Below are positions 9,356-17,123 of a DNA stretch of 32,000 bases, in pieces. How positions within the stretch are numbered: the stretch's first letter is position 1; every line of letters begins with the position of its first letter. Both the position numbers and the translations under genes were made by a program. The notes under the pieces were generated by a model. It saw nothing but the letters and a program-made list of their open reading frames with translations, was not told the DNA's origin and ran no database searches. This stretch comes from Candidatus Kuenenia stuttgartensis (lineage in GTDB: Bacteria > Planctomycetota > Brocadiia > Brocadiales > Brocadiaceae): the NCBI RefSeq assembly GCF_900232105.1, contig NZ_LT934425.1, forward strand, positions 1,470,001 to 1,502,000, given 5' to 3'.

Positions 9356-9682
9356 TATTGCAATCCCTGCATAAATGATATCGTCGGGTAAGAAACGCGC
9401 CCTGAATATACGTTTAGAAATTTCAAGGTTTGTATCATAACATGCCAGACAATGCCCGAAAGCCCACTTTCCTCTCGTTCACAAGTGCCGGCTTCGAATC
9501 AAACCCTGACAGGGTTTTGAACCCTGTCAGGGTTGTGCTTGCTCGAATAGGAAAAAAGAATGGATGCGCCAATGCTATGGATTTTGGTTTGACAACGAAT
9601 ATGGCAAACCATAAAATGCCGACATTAATAGAGCAAAGAGAAAAATAAATTTTAGACCAAAAAATAAATGATAAAATAGCAC

Positions 9683-9955
9683 ATGGAATTCGATTGGGAC
9701 CCCGGCAAATCAGATGCTAACTTCAAAAAGCATGGCATAACTTTTCATGTGGCAGCAACAGTATTTGGTGATCCATTGGCAATTACTTTTAGCGATCCCG
9801 ACAATTCAATATGAGAGCACAGATTCTTAACTTTTGGCTATTCCAGAGAGAGTCAATTGCTGGTTGTCGTTCATACGGAACGGCATGGAAAAATAAGAAT
9901 AATAAGCGTAAGGAGTGCAACAAGACACGAAAGGAAAATATATGAAGAGGGTTAA
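9683..9955 (+). pseudogene. brnT: BrnT-family (DUF497) toxin with an in-frame TGA at 9812-9814
   Basis: My translation is MEFDWDPGKSDANFKKHGITFHVAATVFGDPLAITFSDPDNSI*EHRFLTFGYSRESQLLVVVHTERHGKIRIISVRSATRHERKIYEEG. Family signatures lie on both sides of the stop. The stop overlaps the downstream ATG. Confidence 0.7.
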
Positions 9956-10169
9956 ACCTGAAGAAATGCGTAAGGAGTACAAACGGAAAGATTTGGGCAA
10001 GGGAATAAGGGGCAAATATTTCGATGAATACAAAAAAGGGACCAATCTTATTCTTCTAAGCCCTGATGTGGCAGAAGTATTTCCCGATGACGCTTCGGTC
10101 AATGAATCCCTGCGTAGTTTGATGAAAATAGCACGTCAATCGACAGGTCTTACAAAGCGCTCCACCTGA
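9942..10169 (+). CDS. brnA: BrnA-like antitoxin partner of BrnT
   Basis: The ATG at 9942 overlaps the brnT 3' end. KGIRGKYF...LSPDVAEVFPDDASVNESLRSL matches the small antitoxin type I recall next to DUF497 toxins. Confidence 0.6.
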   Translation: MKRVKPEEMRKEYKRKDLGKGIRGKYFDEYKKGTNLILLSPDVAEVFPDDASVNESLRSLMKIARQSTGLTKRST

Positions 10170-10205
10170 CCGCTATTCCGCTGCGTTCCTACACTGCGAT
10201 TATTG

Positions 10206-10232
10206 GAATTTTTCAAAAAACTAAAGTGTTAC
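10206..10232 (+). repeat. Solo right terminal repeat of MITE family A
   Basis: GAATTTTTCAAAAAACTAAAGTGTTAC matches the right ends at 149-175, 3671-3697 and 7290-7316, with no element body. Confidence 0.65.
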
Positions 10233-10370
10233 TATGTTTTGGATTTGTTTTGAATTTTATGCTTTGTTAATTCGGATTTGTTTCGTATTTCGTATTTCGT
10301 ATTTCGTATTTTTTATTTCTTGATCTCAGACGTTTGTACAACGGAAAATCCACAATGGGGGGAAATACCA

Positions 10371-10924
10371 GTGCGAGTTTTTTTAACAGGCGTGGGTTGT
10401 GTAGGCAAGACGACGACCGGCAGGGCGTTGGCAGATCTTCTGTGTGTAAAGTTTTTTGATGTAGATGATGAAATCGAGACCTTCTTTGAGATAAGTATCG
10501 AGCGACTACAGGCAAGATTCCTTACTGTCCACTCCTTTCGAAATGAGGCTGCAAAGGCACTGATTCATCTGCTGAATCGTCCGGACAGCCGCAACAGCGT
10601 AATCGCCCTGCCACCGAGTGGACTGATGGGAGGGTATCTGCGGGCTGTTAAGAAGTCCGATGGCTTATCATTGTACTACACGACACGCCGGAGAATATCC
10701 TGGAGAGAATCAGGTTCTACGACATAGACTCGAAACCGATGGAGAAACACGTAACCACTGAAGAGAAACGCCTGTACCAGAAAGAGATCAAAAAGTACAT
10801 CACATTTTTCCGCAAGAGTTACGAACGTGCTCATTTGCAGATTGATATATCGGGTCTTAGTGTTAAGCAAGCAGCCGCCAGGATAAAAGAGGCCTTGGAA
10901 ATGTTCGACAATAAGGTACGGTGA
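10371..10924 (+). pseudogene. Shikimate-kinase-like P-loop NMP kinase, interrupted by a frameshift near 10652-10665
   Basis: GTG start follows GGGGGGA. P-loop LTGVGCVGKTTTGRALA...FDVDDEI is in frame 0. Homology-like sequence continues in another frame (LIIVLHDTPENILERIRFYDIDSKPMEKH...) into the 10739-10924 ORF. Confidence 0.55.
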
Positions 10925-10985
10925 AAAGCCATTGTTGGATTTCGCTGACCAATCCAACGTAACTGCCCCTACTGGATGAAAGGCG

Positions 10986-11111
10986 TTAGTACCTTATCGG
11001 TAATTTTTTCGCATTTTTTGGCAAAATATTTAACAGTCCCTTCTGCCGTCGGCAATCGGCAAATTGCAGATTGAGGACTGAGGACTGTTTTCGCGCTTGT
11101 TTGGTTCTGGC
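10986..11111 (+). repeat. Repeat family C, full copy; left arm of the inverted repeat bracketing mntA-hepT
   Basis: The reverse complement of 11043-11111 matches 11791-11875. The reverse complement of 10986-11042 matches 12345-12414. Confidence 0.8.
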
Positions 11112-11150
11112 TATACCAACTTAGGCGTTAAGAAACATTGGATAATAATT

Positions 11151-11453
11151 ATGATTAATCTTCTACAACTAAAACCTAAAATTGAAAGCATTTGTCGGGT
11201 ATTGCCCATAAAACGACTGGATCTTTTCGGCTCTGTTTTGACTCAAAACTTTGCACCAGGCAGCGACGTAGACGTTTTGGTGCTTTTTGATTCGGATGAA
11301 AACATTGATCTTTTTGATAAATACTTTGAATTAAAAGAACAACTGGAAAAAATATTTAAACGGAAAGTAGATCTTGTTGTAGACAAACCATTTAGAAATC
11401 CTATTTTCAGGAAATCAGTTGACAAGACAAGGATTGCCATATATGAACGATGA
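11151..11453 (+). CDS. mntA: MNT-type nucleotidyltransferase antitoxin
   Basis: LDLFGSVLTQNFAPGSDVDVLVLFD is the GS...DxD minimal nucleotidyltransferase motif. ATG at 11151 chosen; the track TTG start at 11097 lies in the repeat. Confidence 0.85.
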   Translation: MINLLQLKPKIESICRVLPIKRLDLFGSVLTQNFAPGSDVDVLVLFDSDENIDLFDKYFELKEQLEKIFKRKVDLVVDKPFRNPIFRKSVDKTRIAIYER

Positions 11454-11781
11454 AATACTTAAAAATCTCATCGACGTCCTCCATGCAGCAGAAGAGATAC
11501 AGAGATTTACCCATGAAATGGATTTCAAGGCATATAAAAACAGTCCCGTTACACAAAGAGCGGTTGAGAGAGATTTTGAGATTATTGGGGAAGCCCTTAA
11601 TAGAATCCGGAAAATTGATGCGGAGTTTATCGAAAGAATTTCTGAACATTACCGTATTATTGGTTTCAAAAACATATTAATACATGGTTATGACATAGTA
11701 GATGAAATGATTGTTTGGAAGGCTGTTAAGAACCATTTACCAATTTTGATCAAAGAAGTACGTGAAATAGTAAATGCCTAA
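11443..11781 (+). CDS. hepT: HepT (DUF86) toxin; active-site motif reads K-x4-H-x-Y instead of R-x4-H-x-Y
   Basis: The start overlaps the mntA stop by 11 nt. ...ERDFEIIGEALNRI...GFKNILIHGYDIVDEMIVW. Confidence 0.82.
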   Translation: MNDEILKNLIDVLHAAEEIQRFTHEMDFKAYKNSPVTQRAVERDFEIIGEALNRIRKIDAEFIERISEHYRIIGFKNILIHGYDIVDEMIVWKAVKNHLPILIKEVREIVNA

Positions 11782-11790
11782 GCTGACAAC

Positions 11791-11875
11791 GCCAGAACCA
11801 AACAAGCACGAAAACAGTCCTCAGTCCTCAGTCCTCAATCGGCAATTTGCAATTTGCCGACAGTAGACTGTCGAC
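11791..11875 (-). repeat. Repeat family C tail module; inner right arm of the inverted repeat around mntA-hepT
   Basis: GCCAGAACCAAACAAGCACGAAAACAGTCCTCAGTCCTCAGTCCTCAATCGGCAATTTGC... is the reverse complement of 11043-11111. Confidence 0.8.
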
Positions 11876-12021
11876 GGGAGCATTCCCGATTTTTTGTAAA
11901 AATGTCATTAGCAGGGGGGGGAAGAATAGTAACTCAAGCTTCCAGCTTGAGGGTAAAATACCACAAGCAGGATGCTTGTGTTACAATGTACAATTAGTTA
12001 ACCAAAAATCGGGAATGCTCC
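11876..12021 (+). mobile_element. MITE-like element, family B (~146 bp)
   Basis: TIRs GGGAGCATTCCCGATTTTTTGTAA / TTAACCAAAAATCGGGAATGCTCC. Internal hairpins. No ORF. Confidence 0.7.
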
Positions 12022-12219
12022 TGTTCAAACTATATCCCCCGGCGGGGGTGCAGGGGGTGGACCGGATTTCTCCCTCGATTCAACTACCCCTTTATTATGA
12101 AAACAAATTTAAACCTCTTTCCCACGCTCCGCAGACAATTCCACCCCCTTAATCCCCCGCCAGCGGGGGACAGGCTTGCCACATCCCTTGCAGCTTTCAT
12201 GCACTTGTGGTGTTGATCC

Positions 12220-12343
12220 GGGTGCATTCCCGGTTTTTTGTGACTTCTGCCATGTTTTTAATGAAACGTACAGTAGTATTAACCCCTGGCAGCGTTGTTT
12301 TGCCCCAATCACACAAACGGTTACAAAAAATCGGGAATGCTCC
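12220..12343 (+). mobile_element. MITE-like element, family B (~124 bp)
   Basis: TIRs GGGTGCATTCCCGGTTTTTTGTGA / TTACAAAAAATCGGGAATGCTCC. Confidence 0.7.
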
Positions 12344-12344
12344 T

Positions 12345-12414
12345 CTGCCGACTGCAGAAGAGAGCATTAAATATTTTGCCAAAAAATGCGAAAAAATTAC
12401 TGATAAGGCACTAA
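12345..12414 (-). repeat. Repeat family C head module; outer right arm of the inverted repeat
   Basis: CTGCCGACTGCAGAAGAGAGCATTAAATATTTTGCCAAAAAATGCGAAAAAATTACTGATAAGGCACTAA is the reverse complement of 10986-11056, with a few mismatches. Confidence 0.8.
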
Positions 12415-12518
12415 CATTCCCCTCCGCCCGACCCGTGCCAACAATGTCACCTGGCTTTTCAGCATCCCTCTTATCATGTTTCTTATGAAAAAAGACCTCT
12501 TGAAGTATAATTTAATAT

Positions 12519-12548
12519 TTGACAAAATCGGCATATACCTACTATAAT
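12519..12548 (+). promoter_or_regulatory. Candidate sigma-70-type promoter upstream of ispG-dxr-rseP
   Basis: TTGACA (12519-12524), 18-nt spacer, TATAAT (12543-12548), ~175 nt upstream of the ispG ATG. Pattern match only. Confidence 0.35.
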
Positions 12549-12722
12549 TTCTTCTTTGTTTTATATTAAGTCACGTATTTACTGAAACTTACAAAATTGA
12601 CACGTACCTTCATTGTCCCCGGTTTTTCAAATATCCTGCATTCCTAAAAATTTCGTGAACTTTTTCTGTAACGTTGAGACCATATCATTGTTCATTTTTA
12701 TTTTCTTAGATTCACTATATTT

Positions 12723-13772
12723 ATGATTAAAAGACGCAATACGCGAACGGTCAATGTTGGCGGAGTATTGATGGGGGGGAACAGCCCGATTTCCGTGCAA
12801 ACAATGACGAAGACCCACACGGAGGATATTGACGCGACAGTTAAACAGATTAAAGCGCTGGAAGCTGCCGGTTGCAATATCGTACGTGTTGCCGTTCCCA
12901 CAATTGTTACCGCAAAATGTCTTGGCGCTATTAAACGGCAGATAAACATACCCCTTGTTGCAGATATACACTTTGGACATCATCTTGCCCTTGAAGCCAT
13001 TTCACAGGGAGTTGACAAGATACGGATCAACCCCGGCAATATGAAAGACCGGAAAAAACTGGAAGAAATAATAAAAGCCGCAAAGGGGAAGGGTATCCCT
13101 ATCCGTATAGGCGTTAATTCCGGTTCAATACGGGACGTAGGGATACATGAGGAGCTGACGGCTTTAATGGTCAAAACCGTTTTGCAGTATTGCGAGCATT
13201 TTGAATCGATTGGTTTCAGGGATATTGTATTGTCATTAAAGGCGTCTGACGTGCCTTCAACCCTGGAAGCATACCGTTCAATTGCAACACAATGCGATTA
13301 TCCATTACATCTGGGCGTTACCGCGGCAGGCCCTCCAAGTCTGGCAACCATTAAATCCGCAATCGGTATCGGCGGATTACTTTCAGAAGGCATTGGCGAT
13401 ACGTTACGGGTTTCCTATACCGGCGCATCGGAACTTGAAGTAGAGGCAGGCTTTGACATCCTCGAAGCGCTCGGGCTTTACAAGCGGCGGCGTGCGGATC
13501 TTATTTCCTGTCCAACGTGCGGCAGGTGCGAAATCGACCTTGTTAAAATTGTTGAACAGGTAAGACACCGTCTGCCAAACGACAAAAAACATCTTCAGAT
13601 AGCCATTATGGGGTGTATAGTAAATGGGCCTGGAGAGGCAAGGGAGGTCGATATCGGTATTGCCGGAGGCAAGGGATTTGGGTTTCTTTTCAAAAAGGGA
13701 GAAAAGGTAAGGAAAATACCGGAAGATCGGATGGTGGATGAGCTTTTGGAAGAAATTTCCCTTATGAAATAA
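12723..13772 (+). CDS. ispG: 4-hydroxy-3-methylbut-2-en-1-yl diphosphate synthase (MEP pathway)
   Basis: 349 aa. MIKRRNTRTVNVGGVLMGGNSPISVQTMT N-terminus. Fe-S Cys ligands CPTCGRC and GCIVNGPGE. Confidence 0.93.
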   Translation: MIKRRNTRTVNVGGVLMGGNSPISVQTMTKTHTEDIDATVKQIKALEAAGCNIVRVAVPTIVTAKCLGAIKRQINIPLVADIHFGHHLALEAISQGVDKIRINPGNMKDRKKLEEIIKAAKGKGIPIRIGVNSGSIRDVGIHEELTALMVKTVLQYCEHFESIGFRDIVLSLKASDVPSTLEAYRSIATQCDYPLHLGVTAAGPPSLATIKSAIGIGGLLSEGIGDTLRVSYTGASELEVEAGFDILEALGLYKRRRADLISCPTCGRCEIDLVKIVEQVRHRLPNDKKHLQIAIMGCIVNGPGEAREVDIGIAGGKGFGFLFKKGEKVRKIPEDRMVDELLEEISLMK

Positions 13773-13774
13773 TA

Positions 13775-14917
13775 ATGAAAAACGTTGCTATCCTTGGCTC
13801 TACAGGTTCTATCGGAAAAAATGCATTACACGTTGTGCGTAACTTAAAAGACTCCTTCAGGGTAACCGGGCTTTCCAGTCATTCGCAGTGGGAATTCCTT
13901 GCCCGGCAGGCGGAAGAATTTAATCCATCGCACATAGCGCTGAGCGACCTCCAATTAGCCGGAAAACTGAAACAACACCTTTCGGGCAAGCAGATAGAAG
14001 TAATCAGCGGAAATAATTGCCTCAAAGAGATTGTTTTAAAGAGCGAGGCGGATATTGTGGTTTCAGCGGTAGTTGGCGCAATCGGATTATCCGCCGCTAT
14101 AGCAACTGTACAAGCGGGGAAAATCCTTGCCCTTGCCAACAAAGAAGCCCTTGTTATGGCAGGGAATATTGTCATTCCGTTGGCAAAAAAGAATCAGATA
14201 CTGCCGGTGGATAGTGAACACAGCGCAATATTTCAAGCCCTCCAGTCCGGCAGGCAGAACGAAATCAGGCGTATTATCATTACCGCTTCGGGAGGCCCTT
14301 TTTATGATTTTCCCGCCGATACACTTGCAGATGTAACACCTGCTCAGGCGCTTAAACATCCGACATGGCGCATGGGGCAGAAAATCACCATCGATTCTGC
14401 GACGTTAATGAACAAGGCCCTTGAAATTATTGAGGCAAAGTGGCTGTTTAATCTGGAGGCTGACCAAATTGATGTGGTAGTACATCCGCAATCGATCATT
14501 CATTCTATGGTGGAATTTTGTGATGGCTCAGTCATTGCCCAAATGGGCATGCCGGATATGAAGGTCCCGATTCAATACGCCTTAACGTTCCCTGAAAGGG
14601 CGTGTCTTAATGCTGAACCGCTGGACTTGCCGCGCATAGAAAATCTTACCTTTAAAAAGCCGGATAGGGAAAAATTTCCCGCTTTAAAGCTCGGCTATCT
14701 TGCGGTCAGAGAGGGCGGCACTATTGGCGCTACGCTAAACGCCGCAAACGAAGTCGCCGTGCAGGCCTTTCTTGAAAAGAAAATTCGTTTCACCGAAATA
14801 GCCTCCTTTGTGGAAAAGGTTATAAATCATCACCATTTTATTAAAGACCCTTGCCTGGAAGAGATTCTGGCGGCAGATGCATGGGCAAGACAGGAGATTA
14901 AAAAATGCCTTACTTAA
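13775..14917 (+). CDS. dxr: 1-deoxy-D-xylulose 5-phosphate reductoisomerase
   Basis: ILGSTGSIGKNAL, LANKEAL, DSEHSAIFQ and HPTWRMGQKITIDSATLMNKALE. Starts 2 nt after ispG. Confidence 0.93.
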   Translation: MKNVAILGSTGSIGKNALHVVRNLKDSFRVTGLSSHSQWEFLARQAEEFNPSHIALSDLQLAGKLKQHLSGKQIEVISGNNCLKEIVLKSEADIVVSAVVGAIGLSAAIATVQAGKILALANKEALVMAGNIVIPLAKKNQILPVDSEHSAIFQALQSGRQNEIRRIIITASGGPFYDFPADTLADVTPAQALKHPTWRMGQKITIDSATLMNKALEIIEAKWLFNLEADQIDVVVHPQSIIHSMVEFCDGSVIAQMGMPDMKVPIQYALTFPERACLNAEPLDLPRIENLTFKKPDREKFPALKLGYLAVREGGTIGATLNAANEVAVQAFLEKKIRFTEIASFVEKVINHHHFIKDPCLEEILAADAWARQEIKKCLT

Positions 14918-16716
14918 ATGTTTCAACAAACGTAATTCTCGTTATTGCAGGCATCGGACTGCTTATTTTTATCCATGAGCTGGGCCATTTTCTCATGGCA
15001 AAAAAAATTGGCGCCCGTGTCCTGGCCTTTTCACTGGGATTTGGCCCTGCCATATTGAAAAAACAATGGGGTGAAACCGAGTATCGGTTGTCCCTTTTTC
15101 CGCTTGGCGGATACGTAAAACTGGCAGGAGAAAACCCTGACGAGGAGAAAACCGGCGCTTCCTATGAATTTTCCTCCAAAAGTATAGGGCAACGTGCATC
15201 GGTATTGGTCGCCGGCGTTGCGTTAAACGCTCTTTTGGCATTCGTTGCCTTTATTGTCGCATTTCAGATAGGGGTGCCTTTTATTACTTCCGAAGTAGGA
15301 GATGTTATCCCAGGCCAGCCCGCCTGGCAGGCAGGGATACAGAAAGGCGATAAAATTACAGAAATCGGGGGCATTGATGACCCTGATTTTGAAGACATTT
15401 TTACTGTCGTCGCGTTGAGCAACACCACTACCGGCATACCCATCAAGGTGAAGAGAGGCAACGATATTTTCCGTACAGAGGTAATACCGATGTATGACCA
15501 GGAGCATGGCCTTCAACGCATCGGAATAATGCCCGCGACCAGCCTGGAGATTGATAAAATATTTGCCTTTGAAAATAATGAGTCGCCTGCAAGGGACGCC
15601 GGAATACAGGTAAAAGACCTTGTCGTGGCAGTAAACGGCAAAAGGATAACCTCTGAATCGGAATTTCGTGAAGTAGAATCACAGAGCGCAGGCAAAGAAA
15701 TAACCCTTACTCTGTTGCGAAACGGCGAAGAAATAAAGGTAAAAGTAACTCCATCTAAAATATCACGGTGGATGCTTGGTTTGTCCGGCGCTTCTTCCAT
15801 TATAGACGGCGTGAAATATAAAAGTATTGCCAGTAAAGCAGGATTGATGAAGGGTGATGAAATAATTGAGGTTAATTCCAATCCCATTATTGGCTTTACC
15901 GGTTTTAAGAACACATTCATGGCGTACGAAGATAAAACATGCATCCTGACCGTAAAGAGAAACAACAAGATTATATTAGTTTCTGTGCCGTTAGAAGATG
16001 CTGGCGCAAAAGAAGAATTTTTAAAAAGTATTACTCCCTTTTACGGACTGACAATCGATTCCGTTGTCCCGGGATTTCCTGCGGAAAAGATAGGATTGCA
16101 ACCCGGCGATAAAATTATTTCCCTGAATGAAAAAGAACTGCATCACTGGAACGAACTCCTTCTGGCGGTAGTATCGGGACAGGGAAAACCCATCACCCTT
16201 GGGTGGATGCGGGGGACTGAAAAATTAACCTCTGCCATAGCACCGCAAAAAAATGGTGAAACAGCGGCAGGAAGCATTGGCGTGAAATTCAGAGAAAAAA
16301 CAGAATTTAAAAAATATGGGCTTATTGGGTCATGCGTAGTAGGCTTTAAAAAGGCTGTTATCAATGTACAAAGACTGTATCTTACGTTAAGAGGGTTCTT
16401 TTCCCAAAGACTTTCAACCAAAAACGTCGGTGGATTCATCCTTATTGCCCAGGCATCATACGAATCCGCAAAAGTAGGCATGGGGAAATTGGTATATTTT
16501 TTAGGGATTTTAAGCCTTCAGCTTGCGCTTTTAAATATCTTACCGGTGCCAGTGCTGGATGGCGGACATTTATTATTCTTGTTAATTGAAAAAATCAAGG
16601 GTTCTCCGGTCAGCCAGAAAACGCTATCAATTGCCCAGTATATTGGTTTCGCCATGATTATTTCACTGGTTATTTACGCCACACGCAATGATATTATGCG
16701 GCTGTTTACGTTGTAG
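14905..16716 (+). CDS. rseP: RIP site-2 zinc metalloprotease (M50) with multiple PDZ domains
   Basis: 603 aa. HELGHF (HExxH) in the first TM region. Repeated PDZ-like blocks (GIQKGDKI, GIQVKDLV, GLMKGDEI, GLQPGDKI). C-terminal NILPVPVLDGGH. Overlaps dxr by 13 nt. Confidence 0.9.
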   Translation: MPYLNVSTNVILVIAGIGLLIFIHELGHFLMAKKIGARVLAFSLGFGPAILKKQWGETEYRLSLFPLGGYVKLAGENPDEEKTGASYEFSSKSIGQRASVLVAGVALNALLAFVAFIVAFQIGVPFITSEVGDVIPGQPAWQAGIQKGDKITEIGGIDDPDFEDIFTVVALSNTTTGIPIKVKRGNDIFRTEVIPMYDQEHGLQRIGIMPATSLEIDKIFAFENNESPARDAGIQVKDLVVAVNGKRITSESEFREVESQSAGKEITLTLLRNGEEIKVKVTPSKISRWMLGLSGASSIIDGVKYKSIASKAGLMKGDEIIEVNSNPIIGFTGFKNTFMAYEDKTCILTVKRNNKIILVSVPLEDAGAKEEFLKSITPFYGLTIDSVVPGFPAEKIGLQPGDKIISLNEKELHHWNELLLAVVSGQGKPITLGWMRGTEKLTSAIAPQKNGETAAGSIGVKFREKTEFKKYGLIGSCVVGFKKAVINVQRLYLTLRGFFSQRLSTKNVGGFILIAQASYESAKVGMGKLVYFLGILSLQLALLNILPVPVLDGGHLLFLLIEKIKGSPVSQKTLSIAQYIGFAMIISLVIYATRNDIMRLFTL

Positions 16717-16719
16717 GAA

Positions 16720-17120
16720 ATACGTACGAAGTACGGTTTACGATTGTAACGGGAGCATTCCTGATTTTTTGTAACAGTTTAGATTTTTGGAAAAACAAAA
16801 ATGCTCGTTCCCAAGCTCCGGCTTGGGAACGTAATTGCGTTGGAAGCTCTAGCTTCCATTTAGCCGGCAAGCGAAGCTTCGTGTATTATTCGATTCAAAA
16901 GAGGTTTCCAAATATCTTGGGTAACATACTGAAAAGCCTCCAAACTGACAACATGGGTTCATTCCCTTTTCCATTCGAAGCTGGAGCTTCTCAAACAAAT
17001 CCGTTCCCAAGCCGGAGCTTGGGAACGAGCGGTTTTTTTCAATATATTACGCTGAATAGTTACTTACGATTTTAGCTTTGGGATTTGGGGTTTTAAATCG
17101 TAAATCGTACTTCGTACCAC
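16720..17120. repeat. ~400-bp composite foldback region (MITE-like)
   Basis: Bounded by inverted ACGTACGAAGTACGGTTTACGATT (16722-16745) and AAATCGTAAATCGTACTTCGTACC (~17095-17118). Contains mirrored GCTCGTTCCCAAGCTCCGGCTTGGGAACG / CCGTTCCCAAGCCGGAGCTTGGGAACGAGC hairpins and a family B TIR at 16751-16775. Confidence 0.6.
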
Positions 17121-17123
17121 CAA

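Noticed and set aside
9485-9545. tRNA-like T-arm motif GGCTTCGAATC followed by AACCCTGACAGGGTT palindromes
   Set aside because: No acceptor stem, D-arm or anticodon arm can be drawn. The palindrome AACCCTGNCAGGGTT is a dispersed repeat also seen at 7537-7553.
9812-9814. In-frame TGA of brnT as selenocysteine or programmed read-through
   Set aside because: I see no SECIS-like hairpin immediately downstream. BrnT has no known Sec or redox site at this position. A nonsense mutation is the simpler explanation.
11790-12420. Possible CRISPR array suggested by many recurring ~25-nt motifs
   Set aside because: The recurring units are in inverted rather than direct orientation. Spacing is irregular, the interiors are themselves repeats, and no cas genes are present. 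The 23239-23342 array is a 7-nt microsatellite, not repeat-spacer.
11847-12488. ORFs 11847-12152, 12109-12312, 12176-12370, 12197-12382 and 12207-12488
   Set aside because: They are read through MITE termini and G/C palindromes on both strands. The same peptide snippets (for example GAFPIFCK) recur wherever the repeat occurs. The same applies to 3124-3381, 3851-4039, 9430-9648, 16881-17075, 20205-20610 and 23171-23362.
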